Shown piece by piece: positions 27,036 through 36,565 of a DNA stretch of 59,928 nucleotides (position 1 is its first letter; every line of letters begins with the position of its first letter). The position numbers and the translations under genes were made by a program. The notes under the pieces were generated by a model. That model was not told where the DNA came from, did not search any database, and saw nothing but the letters and a program-made list of their open reading frames with translations. The DNA comes from Chloroflexota bacterium (lineage in GTDB: Bacteria; Chloroflexota; Limnocylindria; Limnocylindrales; CSP1-4). The stretch is taken from contig PMXQ01000047.1 of assembly GCA_003171065.1 (NCBI GenBank), positions 3,587-63,514 on the forward strand, read 5' to 3'.

Positions 27036-27512
27036 ATGTCGGAGCAGGACAAGGACGCCCTCGAAACGGGCGAGCCCAACGAATTCATGCCAGGCGAGGA
27101 CGAGTTCGACGAAGACATCGAGGCCAGCGACGAGGCTGAGGCTGGAGTTCCGATCGAGCCCAGCAAGCCCGGCCGTCGCTTCGGCTTCGGTCGTTCGTCC
27201 GCCGAGATCGAGGCCCATCCACAAGGCTCGGTCCGGGCGACGCACGAGCGCGTCCACATCGACGACCGCGCCTCGGGGCTGTTCGCCCTGGTGTGCGCCG
27301 TGGGCATGCTCGCGATCCTGGTCGGCTCGTTCGCGCTGTCGGCCTGGCCCGCCGGTGCAGCTCCTACGCTGCCGCCTCTGATCCTGGAGACATACTCGCC
27401 TCCGCCGGCGACCCCCACGCCGGTACCGACTCCAACGCCGGTGGCGACACCCACGCCGGTGGTTACCGTCGCGCCGTCGGCTTCGGCCGCACCCACGGCG
27501 ACAGCCTCCTAA
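27036..27512 (+). CDS. Hypothetical single-pass membrane protein
   Basis: Acidic N-terminus, one TM helix and a PT-rich tail. Confidence 0.7.
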   Translation: MSEQDKDALETGEPNEFMPGEDEFDEDIEASDEAEAGVPIEPSKPGRRFGFGRSSAEIEAHPQGSVRATHERVHIDDRASGLFALVCAVGMLAILVGSFALSAWPAGAAPTLPPLILETYSPPPATPTPVPTPTPVATPTPVVTVAPSASAAPTATAS

Positions 27513-27613
27513 CCAGTTCAGCCGGCCGAACGCCGGCCGGCAACTCAATCGCTCAGGATCGCCCCGCGCACAACCTCGCATGCGAGGGCCCGGCGAGGGC
27601 GTATCTTCGACGC

Positions 27614-28366
27614 GTGGACCCCGCGAGAGCTGCCTCGCTGCGTGCGGAGATGGTCGAGCGCCAGCTCCGCAGCCGCGGCATTCGCGACGAGCGCGTCCTG
27701 GCCGCGATGGGCGAGCTGCCGCGCGAGCTGTTCCTGCCGCCGGACCTCGCCGGCGACGCGTATTGCGACGCCGCCGTGCCGATCGCCTCGGGCCAGTCGA
27801 TCAGCCAGCCATACATGGTCGGCCTCATGACCGAGCTGCTGGAGCCGCACCCGGGCATGCGGGTCCTGGAGATCGGCACCGGCTCGGGCTATCAGGCCGC
27901 CGTCCTGGCCCTGATCGGATGCGACGTGCTCTCGATCGAGCGCCATCCCGAGCTAGCGGCGGCCGCGCGCATTCGATTGGCCTCGCTTGCCCTGGCCGAC
28001 CCGGGTGCGTCCAATCCGGACACCAGGGGCCCGCGCCTGGCCGACCGTGTCCGGATCGAGGTCGGCGACGGCAGCGTCGGCTGGCGATTGCAAGCCCCAT
28101 TCGAGGGCATCCTCGTGACCGCCGCCGCGCCTCGCGTCCCCGACCAGTTGCGCCGGCAGATGGCGGACGGCGGCCGGCTGGTCATTCCCGTCGGGCCGCT
28201 CGGCGGGCAGGAACTGATCCAGGTGATCCGGCGCGGCGAGGGCTTCGAGGAGCGAGCGTTTGGAGGCTGCGTCTTCGTGCCGCTGGTCGGCGCCGCGGCC
28301 TACGACGAGGAGGAGTTGCTCCGGGCCCGCCGCTGGCCGGGGCCGTTCGGCGGCGCGCGGCGCTGA
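27614..28366 (+). CDS. pcm: Protein-L-isoaspartate O-methyltransferase
   Basis: GQSISQPYMV, VLEIGTGSGYQAA, GDGS.G, VTAAA and FVPL motifs. Confidence 0.95.
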   Translation: MDPARAASLRAEMVERQLRSRGIRDERVLAAMGELPRELFLPPDLAGDAYCDAAVPIASGQSISQPYMVGLMTELLEPHPGMRVLEIGTGSGYQAAVLALIGCDVLSIERHPELAAAARIRLASLALADPGASNPDTRGPRLADRVRIEVGDGSVGWRLQAPFEGILVTAAAPRVPDQLRRQMADGGRLVIPVGPLGGQELIQVIRRGEGFEERAFGGCVFVPLVGAAAYDEEELLRARRWPGPFGGARR

Positions 28367-28397
28367 CGCCTCCGCGGCGAGCGGAGCTGGCGGTCCG

Positions 28398-29654
28398 CTA
28401 CCGCGCCACTCCCTCCGACTGGCGGATGCGCAGGGCGGCCTCGTCGTACAGGTCGGAGACGGACTTGACCATCAGCTCGACGCAGAAGCGCTCATGGACG
28501 ACATCGTGCCCGCGGCGGGCGATCGTGTCGGCCAGCGGGTGGTCCGTCAGCAACCGGACGATCGCGGCCGCCAGCGCCTCGCAGTCGTGCGGCGGGACCA
28601 GCAGCCCGCTAACTCCGTCTTCGATCATCTCTGGGATCCCACCCACCGCCGACGCCACGACCGGCCGGCTCAGCGCCATCGCCTCGAGGACGCTCAGGCC
28701 CTGCGCCTCGCGGTACGACGGCAGGACGGAGACGTCCAGCGCGGCCGTGACCGCCGGCACGTCCTCGCGGCGACCGGTGAAGACGACCCGCTCGGAGATG
28801 CCCAGGATGTCGGCCTGGGCCTCGAGCGAGTCCCGCTCCGAGCCTTCGCCGACGACGAGCAGCCAGGCTTTGGGGACGGCGGCGAGGACCAGCGGCCAGG
28901 CTTCGAGCAGGGTGCGGTGGCCCTTCTCCGCCTCAAGTCGAGCCACGACTCCCACGATTGGGGCCTCGGCGTCGATGTGGTAGTCCTCGTGGAGCGTGCA
29001 GCAGGGCTGCTGGTGGTTGTAGCGCTGCAGGTCGACGCCGTTGTAGATGAGGCTGATCGGCGCGCCCCGGCGCCCCTCATCGGCGATCTTCTGCTCGATC
29101 GCCTTCGAGACGACGATGAGGCGATCCATCAGCGGCGTGAGCTGGCGGAGCGTTTCGCGATCCTCGAGGCAGCGGACGCGGCTCGAATGCACGGTCGAGA
29201 TGACCGCCGGCCGGCGGCAGCCTTTCTCACCGAGATGGAGAGCGGCCTTGGTGCCGACGACCTCGGCCCGGAACATGTGGTTGTGGACGATCTCGGGCTC
29301 GAAGGCGCCGAGCTCCTCGGCCAGCGCCAGGACGGCCAGCCGGTCGTCCGGCTCGTCGATCACCGAGGCTTCGATGCCGGCCTTCTGCAGCCGGCGGACG
29401 CTGCTGCCGTGGGATAGTGAGATGACCCGGACGTCGTAGCGGGCCGGGTTCAGCCGCGAAGCGAGAGAGAAGACGTGCTCCTGCGCTCCGCCGTTGGTGC
29501 CGGTGGCCATGACCTCAACGACCCGCACCCGCCCACCGGGGAGTGGTCCGCGTTCGTCCTGCTCGAGACAGGGCTCCTCGTGGCCCTCGTGGCCCTCGTG
29601 GCCCTCGTGGCCCTCGTGGCCGTCGTGGCCGTCGTGGCCTTCGTCGGCGCCCAT
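28398..29654 (-). CDS. Glycosyltransferase family 4
   Basis: GGAQ, NGVD, ARL..EKG and E......EAMA...PVV...GG.PE motifs; real start lies inside the longer tracked ORF. Confidence 0.9.
   Translation of the reverse strand: MGADEGHDGHDGHEGHEGHEGHEGHEEPCLEQDERGPLPGGRVRVVEVMATGTNGGAQEHVFSLASRLNPARYDVRVISLSHGSSVRRLQKAGIEASVIDEPDDRLAVLALAEELGAFEPEIVHNHMFRAEVVGTKAALHLGEKGCRRPAVISTVHSSRVRCLEDRETLRQLTPLMDRLIVVSKAIEQKIADEGRRGAPISLIYNGVDLQRYNHQQPCCTLHEDYHIDAEAPIVGVVARLEAEKGHRTLLEAWPLVLAAVPKAWLLVVGEGSERDSLEAQADILGISERVVFTGRREDVPAVTAALDVSVLPSYREAQGLSVLEAMALSRPVVASAVGGIPEMIEDGVSGLLVPPHDCEALAAAIVRLLTDHPLADTIARRGHDVVHERFCVELMVKSVSDLYDEAALRIRQSEGVAR
29576..29640. repeat. 9-bp tandem repeat encoding (GHE/GHD)n
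   Basis: CCTCGTGGC/CGTCGTGGC units at the GT4 5' end. Confidence 0.9.
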
Positions 29655-29656
29655 CG

Positions 29657-30886
29657 CTAACGGCCCCCCGTGGCGGTCGGGCCCGCCGCCGAGCCCGTGC
29701 CGTCGCCCCCGGCCGCCCCTTCGCCTCCGGCCGTGCGCAGGACGAGCAGCCGTTCGATCGGCTCGTCGACCGCGCCCCATTCGTATTTGTAGGGCTCGTT
29801 GCCCCGCATGAAGTCGAGACGGGTGCGACCCAGCTCGATGGCTCGTTGGATGTAGGACGCGACCATGACCACTCCGGGGGAAAGCTCTCTGGCGTCCGGC
29901 TCGACGCCGGCGTTGTAGTAGTAAACGGTATGGCCGTCGTCGAGGATCACCCCGGCCGCGATTCGGCGCCCTCCGACCGTCAGGAAGTCCAGCTCGACGA
30001 TCCCGGTCGGCGCGCAGCTCTCGAACAGTTCCGCGAAGAAGCGGCGGCTCGCAGCCCCGCCTTCGGTATCGGGGAAGAGCCCGTCCTCGCCCCAGCGCTT
30101 CTGATGCAGGTCGATGAACGCCTCCAGGTCCGCGAAAGGGGCCTCCGACTTGCGCAGGGCGACGGGTCCGACCGCCTCGGCACGGCGGATCTTGCGCCGG
30201 ATCTCGTGCCGCTCCTTCTTGTCGAGCGTGCCGAGGTAGCCCTCGAAGTCCATTCCCGGCGCCAGGGTCAGCACCGGGCAGACCTCCTCCTGCTCGCGGG
30301 TCACCAGCCAGCCGCCGTGCGGCGCGACCCACTCGAAGGCGGCGACGAGCGCGTCCGTGGCCGGATCGCCGGCGCGCAGGCGGCGCAGGTCGATCACGTC
30401 CCAGCGCGAGGGATCCTCGTCGGCGAGAGCTGCTGCCACCGCGTGGCACACGGCCGGCAGGTCCGCCGGCGCCGCCAGGATCGTGGCGTAGTCCGCGTGA
30501 TACGAGGCGCCGAAGAAGACTGCGGTCGCGGAAGCGGACACGGGGCGGAGAGCCGGGCCGACCTGATGGCGGAGCGTCGTACGTGCCGCCACGTCCCCCG
30601 GCTCCAGCTCGTGGCGATGCATCAAGGGCGCGATCCCGACGATCTCGTCCGAGACGGCCTCGTCTACGACGACGAGCGTCTGGTCGTGGGCAGTGTTGCC
30701 GTATGCGTTCCACCATGCCCGCTGCACGCAGTGGCGCGAGAACGGGGTCGCAGCCGGCGACCGATCGACGAGCGCGTCCCACGTCCCTCCGGGTATGGAA
30801 TCGAAGGCTCGACGGCGGGCGACGAGACGGCGCCGCCGCTTCTCCGGACGGGCAGGCCCGCCGGCTGAGGTGGAGGGGATGGTCAC
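29657..30886 (-). CDS. GNAT acetyltransferase (CelD/BcsL-like)
   Basis: W..L......PF, ADY, SPG and DFMRG.EPYKY.WG motifs. Confidence 0.88.
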   Translation of the reverse strand: MTIPSTSAGGPARPEKRRRRLVARRRAFDSIPGGTWDALVDRSPAATPFSRHCVQRAWWNAYGNTAHDQTLVVVDEAVSDEIVGIAPLMHRHELEPGDVAARTTLRHQVGPALRPVSASATAVFFGASYHADYATILAAPADLPAVCHAVAAALADEDPSRWDVIDLRRLRAGDPATDALVAAFEWVAPHGGWLVTREQEEVCPVLTLAPGMDFEGYLGTLDKKERHEIRRKIRRAEAVGPVALRKSEAPFADLEAFIDLHQKRWGEDGLFPDTEGGAASRRFFAELFESCAPTGIVELDFLTVGGRRIAAGVILDDGHTVYYYNAGVEPDARELSPGVVMVASYIQRAIELGRTRLDFMRGNEPYKYEWGAVDEPIERLLVLRTAGGEGAAGGDGTGSAAGPTATGGR

Positions 30887-30940
30887 TCGCCGAGAATAGC
30901 ACCACGCCCCTGGCGCGCTCGCCGGCGCGCTCGCCGGCGC

Positions 30941-32062
30941 CTACGCAGCCGCCGCAGTGGCGCGAGCTGTACGCCGTTCGAGCGCGGCCTCCCACAGCAG
31001 GACCGCCAGGCAGGCGAAGAACGTGATCGAGACGCTGGCCGTGGGAAGCCAGGCGTCGCCCGCGAAGAGCGCGATCCAGCCGGCGAGCGGGAAGACGACC
31101 GCCCACGTCCGACCGCGCCCGATAAGCCAGGCCGTCGGCAGCAGGAGCAGCACGGCGTAGTGGTCGCGCAGCGGCGATGAGATGAGCTGGCTGGCCACGA
31201 TCGTCACCTGGAGGCTGAGTTCGGGGCTGGCATAGCGCCACGCAACCAGGAGGGCGCCCACCGCCAGCGCCGCCGACGTGAGCTGTATCGCTGCGGCCAC
31301 CGCATCCGAGGCTCCGGCCATGTGGGCGACTGCGCCCGGCGAGTAGTTGTGCGGCGTCGTCAGCTGCCCGCCGAGATCCCGCAGCAGGTCGGCATAGGTG
31401 CCCCACGCGGCCAGGCCCGTGACGAGGGTCGCCCCGGCCGCGAGCGCGAGAGTGGCGGCGACGGCCACCACGGCCGCGCGGAACCGTCCAGTGGCAATGG
31501 CCCAGACGCCGAGCAGCGCTGGCTGGACCTTCACCAGCGCCCCGATCGCCGTCACCGCGCCCACCACCGCGGCTCGATCCATCCACCGCCACACCGCCGC
31601 AAAGCCCAGGAAGAGGAGCGGCTCCACCTGGCCGAGCTTGACCGCGTACAGGAGCGGCCAGTCGAGCGCGGCCACGATCACGAGCAGCCAGCGTACGTCG
31701 CGCCGGACCGGCAGCAGCGCCACTCCGGCCAGGAAGCAGGCCGCCATGGCCAGGCACCACAGGCCCGCGGCCGCTCCGCCCAGGGAGAGCCACGGGACGA
31801 GGGCGGCCGCGAAGGCCGGCGGGTAGGTGTAGGTGCCGGGGCACGTGCCGACGTTGACAGAGAAGGCGACGTCGTAGATGGGGCGCCCGTCGCGCAGCGC
31901 CTGGGCCGCTCCCTCGTAGCAGTGGTAGTCGTAGCCGAGGGTGTTGCCCGCCGAGGCGAGGACGAGGGCAAGCATCCCAATCAGCAGCGCCACCGAACCG
32001 ACGGGCACGAAAGCCTCGGCCAGCCGCGAGCGCGACCTCGCCTGCGCCTCCGGCGCGGTCAT
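30941..32062 (-). CDS. Glycosyltransferase family 87 (GT-C)
   Basis: D...Y, Y.YPP, GQ and K..P motifs; polytopic membrane protein. Confidence 0.85.
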   Translation of the reverse strand: MTAPEAQARSRSRLAEAFVPVGSVALLIGMLALVLASAGNTLGYDYHCYEGAAQALRDGRPIYDVAFSVNVGTCPGTYTYPPAFAAALVPWLSLGGAAAGLWCLAMAACFLAGVALLPVRRDVRWLLVIVAALDWPLLYAVKLGQVEPLLFLGFAAVWRWMDRAAVVGAVTAIGALVKVQPALLGVWAIATGRFRAAVVAVAATLALAAGATLVTGLAAWGTYADLLRDLGGQLTTPHNYSPGAVAHMAGASDAVAAAIQLTSAALAVGALLVAWRYASPELSLQVTIVASQLISSPLRDHYAVLLLLPTAWLIGRGRTWAVVFPLAGWIALFAGDAWLPTASVSITFFACLAVLLWEAALERRTARATAAAA

Positions 32063-32083
32063 CGCTCGGTCATCGCGGCGCGT

Positions 32084-32905
32084 TCATTTCGCCGGCGCGC
32101 CCTCGGCGGCGGCCCGCTTGAGGCCGCGATGGAGGAACCTTATGCGCAGCAGGTCCCAGCCGACGCGAAGGGCGAGGCGCGGGCGGGCGTGCATGCGCGA
32201 GCCGCGCCGATCGGCCCAGACCACGGGCACGATCGCCATCGGGTAGCCGCGCCGCCGCGCCAGGAAGATCAGGTCCACGTCGAAGACGATGCTCGTGATT
32301 CGCAGCCGGCCGAACAGGTCCCGCGCCGCGTCATGCCGGAACCCCTTGAAGCCACACTGCGTGTCGTCGATCGGGCCGGTCACCCAGATCCGCGCCGCGA
32401 GGCGAAAGAGCTTGCCCACGAGCCGTCGAAAGCGGGGTTGCGAAGCCCGCATGTCCGAACCGTCGGGCTGGATCCGGCTCCCGAGAGCGAGGTCGTTGGA
32501 CGCCAGCGCCTGCACGAGCCGGGGCAGCTGGTCCGGCGGCGTGGCCATATCCGCGTCGGCGAACACGATCAGATCGCCCTGGGCGGCCAGCATCCCCGCC
32601 CGAACCGCTGAGCCCTTGCCGGCGTGCGGGACGGTCAGCAGTCGCAGCTCGGGGCAGTCGCCCCTGGGCGCCCTGCCCTCGCCGACGTATTCGGCCCGCG
32701 CCCGAACCAACGCCGCCGTGCCGTCAATGCTTCCGTCGTCAACGACCAGCACGTCCACCTTGCCGGGCAGCGCCCCCTTTGGCGCGGCGCAGAGGTAGGC
32801 GAAGAGTTCGTCCAAGGCGGGCCCGAGCCGGGCCTCCTCGTTGAACGCGGGCAGAACGATCGAAAGGCTGCTGAAAACCATCTTCGGGAGTTTAGCCGGG
32901 TCCAC
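32084..32905 (-). CDS. GT2 polyprenol-phosphate glycosyltransferase
   Basis: PAFNE, VDDGS.D, GKG.AVRAG, DAD and DTQCGFK motifs. Confidence 0.92.
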   Translation of the reverse strand: MDPAKLPKMVFSSLSIVLPAFNEEARLGPALDELFAYLCAAPKGALPGKVDVLVVDDGSIDGTAALVRARAEYVGEGRAPRGDCPELRLLTVPHAGKGSAVRAGMLAAQGDLIVFADADMATPPDQLPRLVQALASNDLALGSRIQPDGSDMRASQPRFRRLVGKLFRLAARIWVTGPIDDTQCGFKGFRHDAARDLFGRLRITSIVFDVDLIFLARRRGYPMAIVPVVWADRRGSRMHARPRLALRVGWDLLRIRFLHRGLKRAAAEGAPAK

Positions 32906-33114
32906 CGGTCACGCGCCGCTCGTTCGGTGCCACGCCGGGTCCCTCCTCATCTCTGCCCGGGCGACGTCAGGTGGCGGGTACGGCCATGACGGCCGACAGC
33001 CGGGCGATCCACTTTCTCACCGCGCGACCCCCAAACCCGATGGCGCCCGTTGTCGCCCTCGCCGGTCGGGGCAGCCCGATAGGTCCTTAGTACCGGTGGA
33101 GTGGGACCCGGTCG

Positions 33115-34797
33115 ATGCTACGCTGCGACGCCGTGCGGATCCCCTTCGCTCTGTATGCGTTCGCCCTGGCGGCTCGGGCCGTGCTGTTCGCCGTGCACGC
33201 TGACGCGGCGTATCCGGATTCCTACTACTACGTCGACGTGGCCCGGGCGCTGCTGGCCGGGCACGGTTTCAACATCGACTTCATCTGGTCGTTCGTGGAC
33301 GTGGGCGGCCGAATCCCGGCCCAGCCGATGCTGCCGATCCCGAGCAACGCCCATTGGATGCCGCTCGCGTCGATCGTGCAGCTGCCGACGATGTGGCTTC
33401 TCGGCCCCACGCCGCTGGCGTCGGCGATCCCGTTCCTTCTGATCGGGGCGCTGGCGGCGCCGATGACCTGGTTCCTGGCCCGGGAAGTCGGGGCGGGCGA
33501 TCGAATCGCTCTGGCGGCCGCGATCGCCGTCTCACTCCCGGCGGCCGCGGCCATCTACATGGCCCAGCCGGACAACTTCGCGCTCTACCAGCCGCTGGGC
33601 ACGGCCGCCCTGTGGCTCGCCGCACGCGGCCTGCGGGGCCACGCCCGATCGTTCGCGCTGGCGGGCCTGATGGTCGGCCTTGCGACCCTCGCCCGAAACG
33701 ACGGCATCCTGCTGGGCGCCGCGGTCGGGCTCGCATTCCTGTGGGATCGATGGCGGTCCTGGCGCTCGAAGGGCGGTCGAATGCCGGCGATTCCAGGGCG
33801 CTACGCCTTCGCCTGCTTCGGCCTCTTCCTCGTCGTCATGGCGCCCTGGTATCTGCGCCAGCTGGCCGTCTTCGGCAGCCTCTCGCCGTCCTCGACCTCG
33901 GGCCGAATCCTGTTCATCGCGAACTACGACCAGATGAACAGCGTCACCACCGACACCTCGCTCGCGGCCTTCCTGGGGCAGGGAATCGGGCCGCTGCTGA
34001 CCAGCCGAATCCTCGGGCTCGTCTCGGCGATCCAGATATTCTCCGTCCTCGCCTGCTCGATCGTGCTGGTGCCGTTCGTGCTCGTGGGCGGGTGGGCGCG
34101 CCGGCGATCGATCGATTTCGGGCCGTTCTTTCTCTACGCCGGCCTGCTCTTCGCCGCCTCGGGACTGGTCTTCGCAGTCCACGTGCCCTACGGGACCTTC
34201 CTCCATTCGGCCGAGGCGCTGATCCCGTACACGTACATCGCCGGGCTCGAGGGGGTCGTGGTCGTCGCGACATGGGCCGCCCGGCACAGACGCGGCTGGC
34301 AGGAGGAGCGCGCCGCCCGGCTGTTCCTCGCGGCCGCGGTGGCTACCGTGGTGCTCAACGCGGGCGTCTTCGCGTTCCTGGCAGGGCGGTCTTGGGACCA
34401 GGACCGCGACCTGCGGCTCGACGCGGGCGCCGCTCTCGACCGAGCCGGCGCCCCGGCGACCGACCTGTTGCTCAGCGCAGACCCGGCCGGGTTCGAGTAC
34501 TTCACCGGCCACGGTGGCGTCGTCACGCCCAACGACTCGCTCGCCGTGATCCATGTGGTGGCCGCCGATTACGGCACGCGCTGGCTGGTGCTGGAGCGAG
34601 CCCACATCGTGACTCCGCTCATCCCGATCCTGGAGATGAAGCCACGGCCGGATTGGATCGGGGCGCCGACCTACACGGTGCCGTACACGGGGCCTGCGAC
34701 GGGCGATCCGGAGGCGGACGCCGCGCCGGCCCTGGCGATCTTCCCGATCTGCACGACCGCCGGTGACACTCGCTGCGCCACGGGGGCGACGCCGTGA
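33115..34797 (+). CDS. GT-C (ArnT/PMT-like) membrane glycosyltransferase
   Basis: D..YY..VAR.L..G.G and W.PL motifs; many TM helices. Confidence 0.78.
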   Translation: MLRCDAVRIPFALYAFALAARAVLFAVHADAAYPDSYYYVDVARALLAGHGFNIDFIWSFVDVGGRIPAQPMLPIPSNAHWMPLASIVQLPTMWLLGPTPLASAIPFLLIGALAAPMTWFLAREVGAGDRIALAAAIAVSLPAAAAIYMAQPDNFALYQPLGTAALWLAARGLRGHARSFALAGLMVGLATLARNDGILLGAAVGLAFLWDRWRSWRSKGGRMPAIPGRYAFACFGLFLVVMAPWYLRQLAVFGSLSPSSTSGRILFIANYDQMNSVTTDTSLAAFLGQGIGPLLTSRILGLVSAIQIFSVLACSIVLVPFVLVGGWARRRSIDFGPFFLYAGLLFAASGLVFAVHVPYGTFLHSAEALIPYTYIAGLEGVVVVATWAARHRRGWQEERAARLFLAAAVATVVLNAGVFAFLAGRSWDQDRDLRLDAGAALDRAGAPATDLLLSADPAGFEYFTGHGGVVTPNDSLAVIHVVAADYGTRWLVLERAHIVTPLIPILEMKPRPDWIGAPTYTVPYTGPATGDPEADAAPALAIFPICTTAGDTRCATGATP

Positions 34798-36536
34798 GCT
34801 TCCGTCCTGGCCGCCGCGAAGCCTGGCTGAGCGCCGGCGCCGTCTTCGCCCTGGCCCTCGCGGTCCGGGCCGTGGCCGCGGCCACGTTGAGCTTCCCGGT
34901 ACCGGAGGACACCGCGTACTACGCCGGCGTCGCCAGAAACCTGGTCGAGGGGCGCGGCCTGGTGAGCGATGCCCTGTGGAGCTATCAGACGCCGCCCCTG
35001 GAAGTGCCGCGCGCCGCGTTCGAGGTGTGGCTGCCGCTGCCTTCGCTGCTCGCCGCAGTCCCCATCTGGCTGGCGGGCGCCGCCAACTGGTTCCGCGCCG
35101 CGCAGGTGTTCTCCGTTGTCGTCAGCGCGATCGGGGCCGCGCTGGCGTGGCGGCTCGGCGCCGACGTGGCCACTGAGATGAGGCTGCCGGTGGGGCGGGC
35201 ACGCACGCTGGCGGTGGGCACGGGCGTGGTGGCGTGCCTCCTCGGGCCGCTGGTCGTGTACGGGATGCTTCCCGACTCCACGGCGCTCTTTGCGGCGCTC
35301 TCGCTGGCGGCGTGCCTGCTCATGACACGAATCGGGGCGCGGACGCCCGAAGGTGGCCGTCCTGCCGAGGAGGGCAGACTGCCCGACAGCCCGGCCGGAG
35401 GAGGCCGTCCTTTCGATCGCCGTCTCGACCGCCTTTTCGACCGCCGGCTGGTCGCTCTGGGTCTCCTCATCGGCTTCGCCGGTCTGACCCGAAGCGAGGC
35501 CGTCTGGCTCGGCCTGGCCTGGCTCGTCGTCGCCTGGCGCTGGACCTCGACGCCCGCCGGAGAGCGGCCGTCCCGCCTGGAGCGCCTTCGCCTGGTCGTT
35601 GTCCCTGCCGCCGTCGCCGCCCTCGTCTTCGCCCCGTGGGCCGTCCGCGACTGGCTCGCGTTCGGCAGCCCGCTGCCCGGCCAGACCCTCGCCAACGCCC
35701 TCTCGGTGAACCCCACCGACATCTACGCCTACCAGGATCAGCCGACCCTCGCCAACTACCTGGCCCAGGGTCCGGCAGCGCTCATCGGCATGCGCGTCAC
35801 CGGCATCGTCCACAACCTGCTCGACGTGTTGATCGTGCCGGGCTTCCCGATCGGCTTCCTCGGCCTGCTGACGCTGCCGCGATGCGCCAGCCTCCACGCC
35901 CTGCGGCCGCTCGTCCTGCTCGCCGTCATCACCTTCCTGGTCACGAGCCTGGTGTTCCCTGTCAGCACGATCTGGGGCACCTTCCTCCATGCCGCCGGCG
36001 CCATCTACGTTCTGCTGATCGTCAGCTGCCTGGTGGCGCTGGACGCGTTCATCGCCTGGGTCGGGAGACTGCGCCACTGGTGGCGGCCGGTGGCGTGGCT
36101 CGGTCCGGCGCTGGCGACCGCCGTCGTCGTGCCGCTGCTGTTCGTCTCGGTCATCTCGCTCGATCGCGGGGCCGACACGACCCGGGCCCGCTTCGAGGCC
36201 CTGCCCGCGGCGCTCGACCGCGCCGGAGTCCCGCTGGCGGCCAACGCCCCGATCATCACCGACAACCCGATCTGGCTCGCCGAAACCGCGCACGTCACCG
36301 CGCTGGCCCTGCCCGAGGAATCGCCCCAGGCCGTGTCGGACCTGGCCCGCCATCTCGGATCGAAGCTGCTTATCGTGGTCCAAACCGACGGCGGCGGGGA
36401 GTGGCCGGCAATCCTGAACGACGGCGGCCCCGCCGCACAATGCTTCCGCGAGGTTCCGCTGACCGATAGCTCGGGCGAGTCCCTTTCGAATGGTTCTCCG
36501 TTGTATCAAATACGCGCATTCCGGATCGTCTGTTGA
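34794..36536 (+). CDS. GT-C (ArnT/PMT-like) membrane glycosyltransferase, paralog
   Basis: D.AYY..VARNL..GRG and W.PL motifs; GTGA overlap with the previous gene. Confidence 0.78.
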   Translation: MSFRPGRREAWLSAGAVFALALAVRAVAAATLSFPVPEDTAYYAGVARNLVEGRGLVSDALWSYQTPPLEVPRAAFEVWLPLPSLLAAVPIWLAGAANWFRAAQVFSVVVSAIGAALAWRLGADVATEMRLPVGRARTLAVGTGVVACLLGPLVVYGMLPDSTALFAALSLAACLLMTRIGARTPEGGRPAEEGRLPDSPAGGGRPFDRRLDRLFDRRLVALGLLIGFAGLTRSEAVWLGLAWLVVAWRWTSTPAGERPSRLERLRLVVVPAAVAALVFAPWAVRDWLAFGSPLPGQTLANALSVNPTDIYAYQDQPTLANYLAQGPAALIGMRVTGIVHNLLDVLIVPGFPIGFLGLLTLPRCASLHALRPLVLLAVITFLVTSLVFPVSTIWGTFLHAAGAIYVLLIVSCLVALDAFIAWVGRLRHWWRPVAWLGPALATAVVVPLLFVSVISLDRGADTTRARFEALPAALDRAGVPLAANAPIITDNPIWLAETAHVTALALPEESPQAVSDLARHLGSKLLIVVQTDGGGEWPAILNDGGPAAQCFREVPLTDSSGESLSNGSPLYQIRAFRIVC

Positions 36537-36565
36537 TGAGAGACGCCCCGTATACTCAAGCCGGT

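Noticed and set aside
28398-31844. 1148-aa ORF as a giant glycosyltransferase
   Set aside because: The N-terminal part is an Arg/Gly-rich off-frame shadow of the GNAT and GT87 genes; only 28398-29654 is coding.
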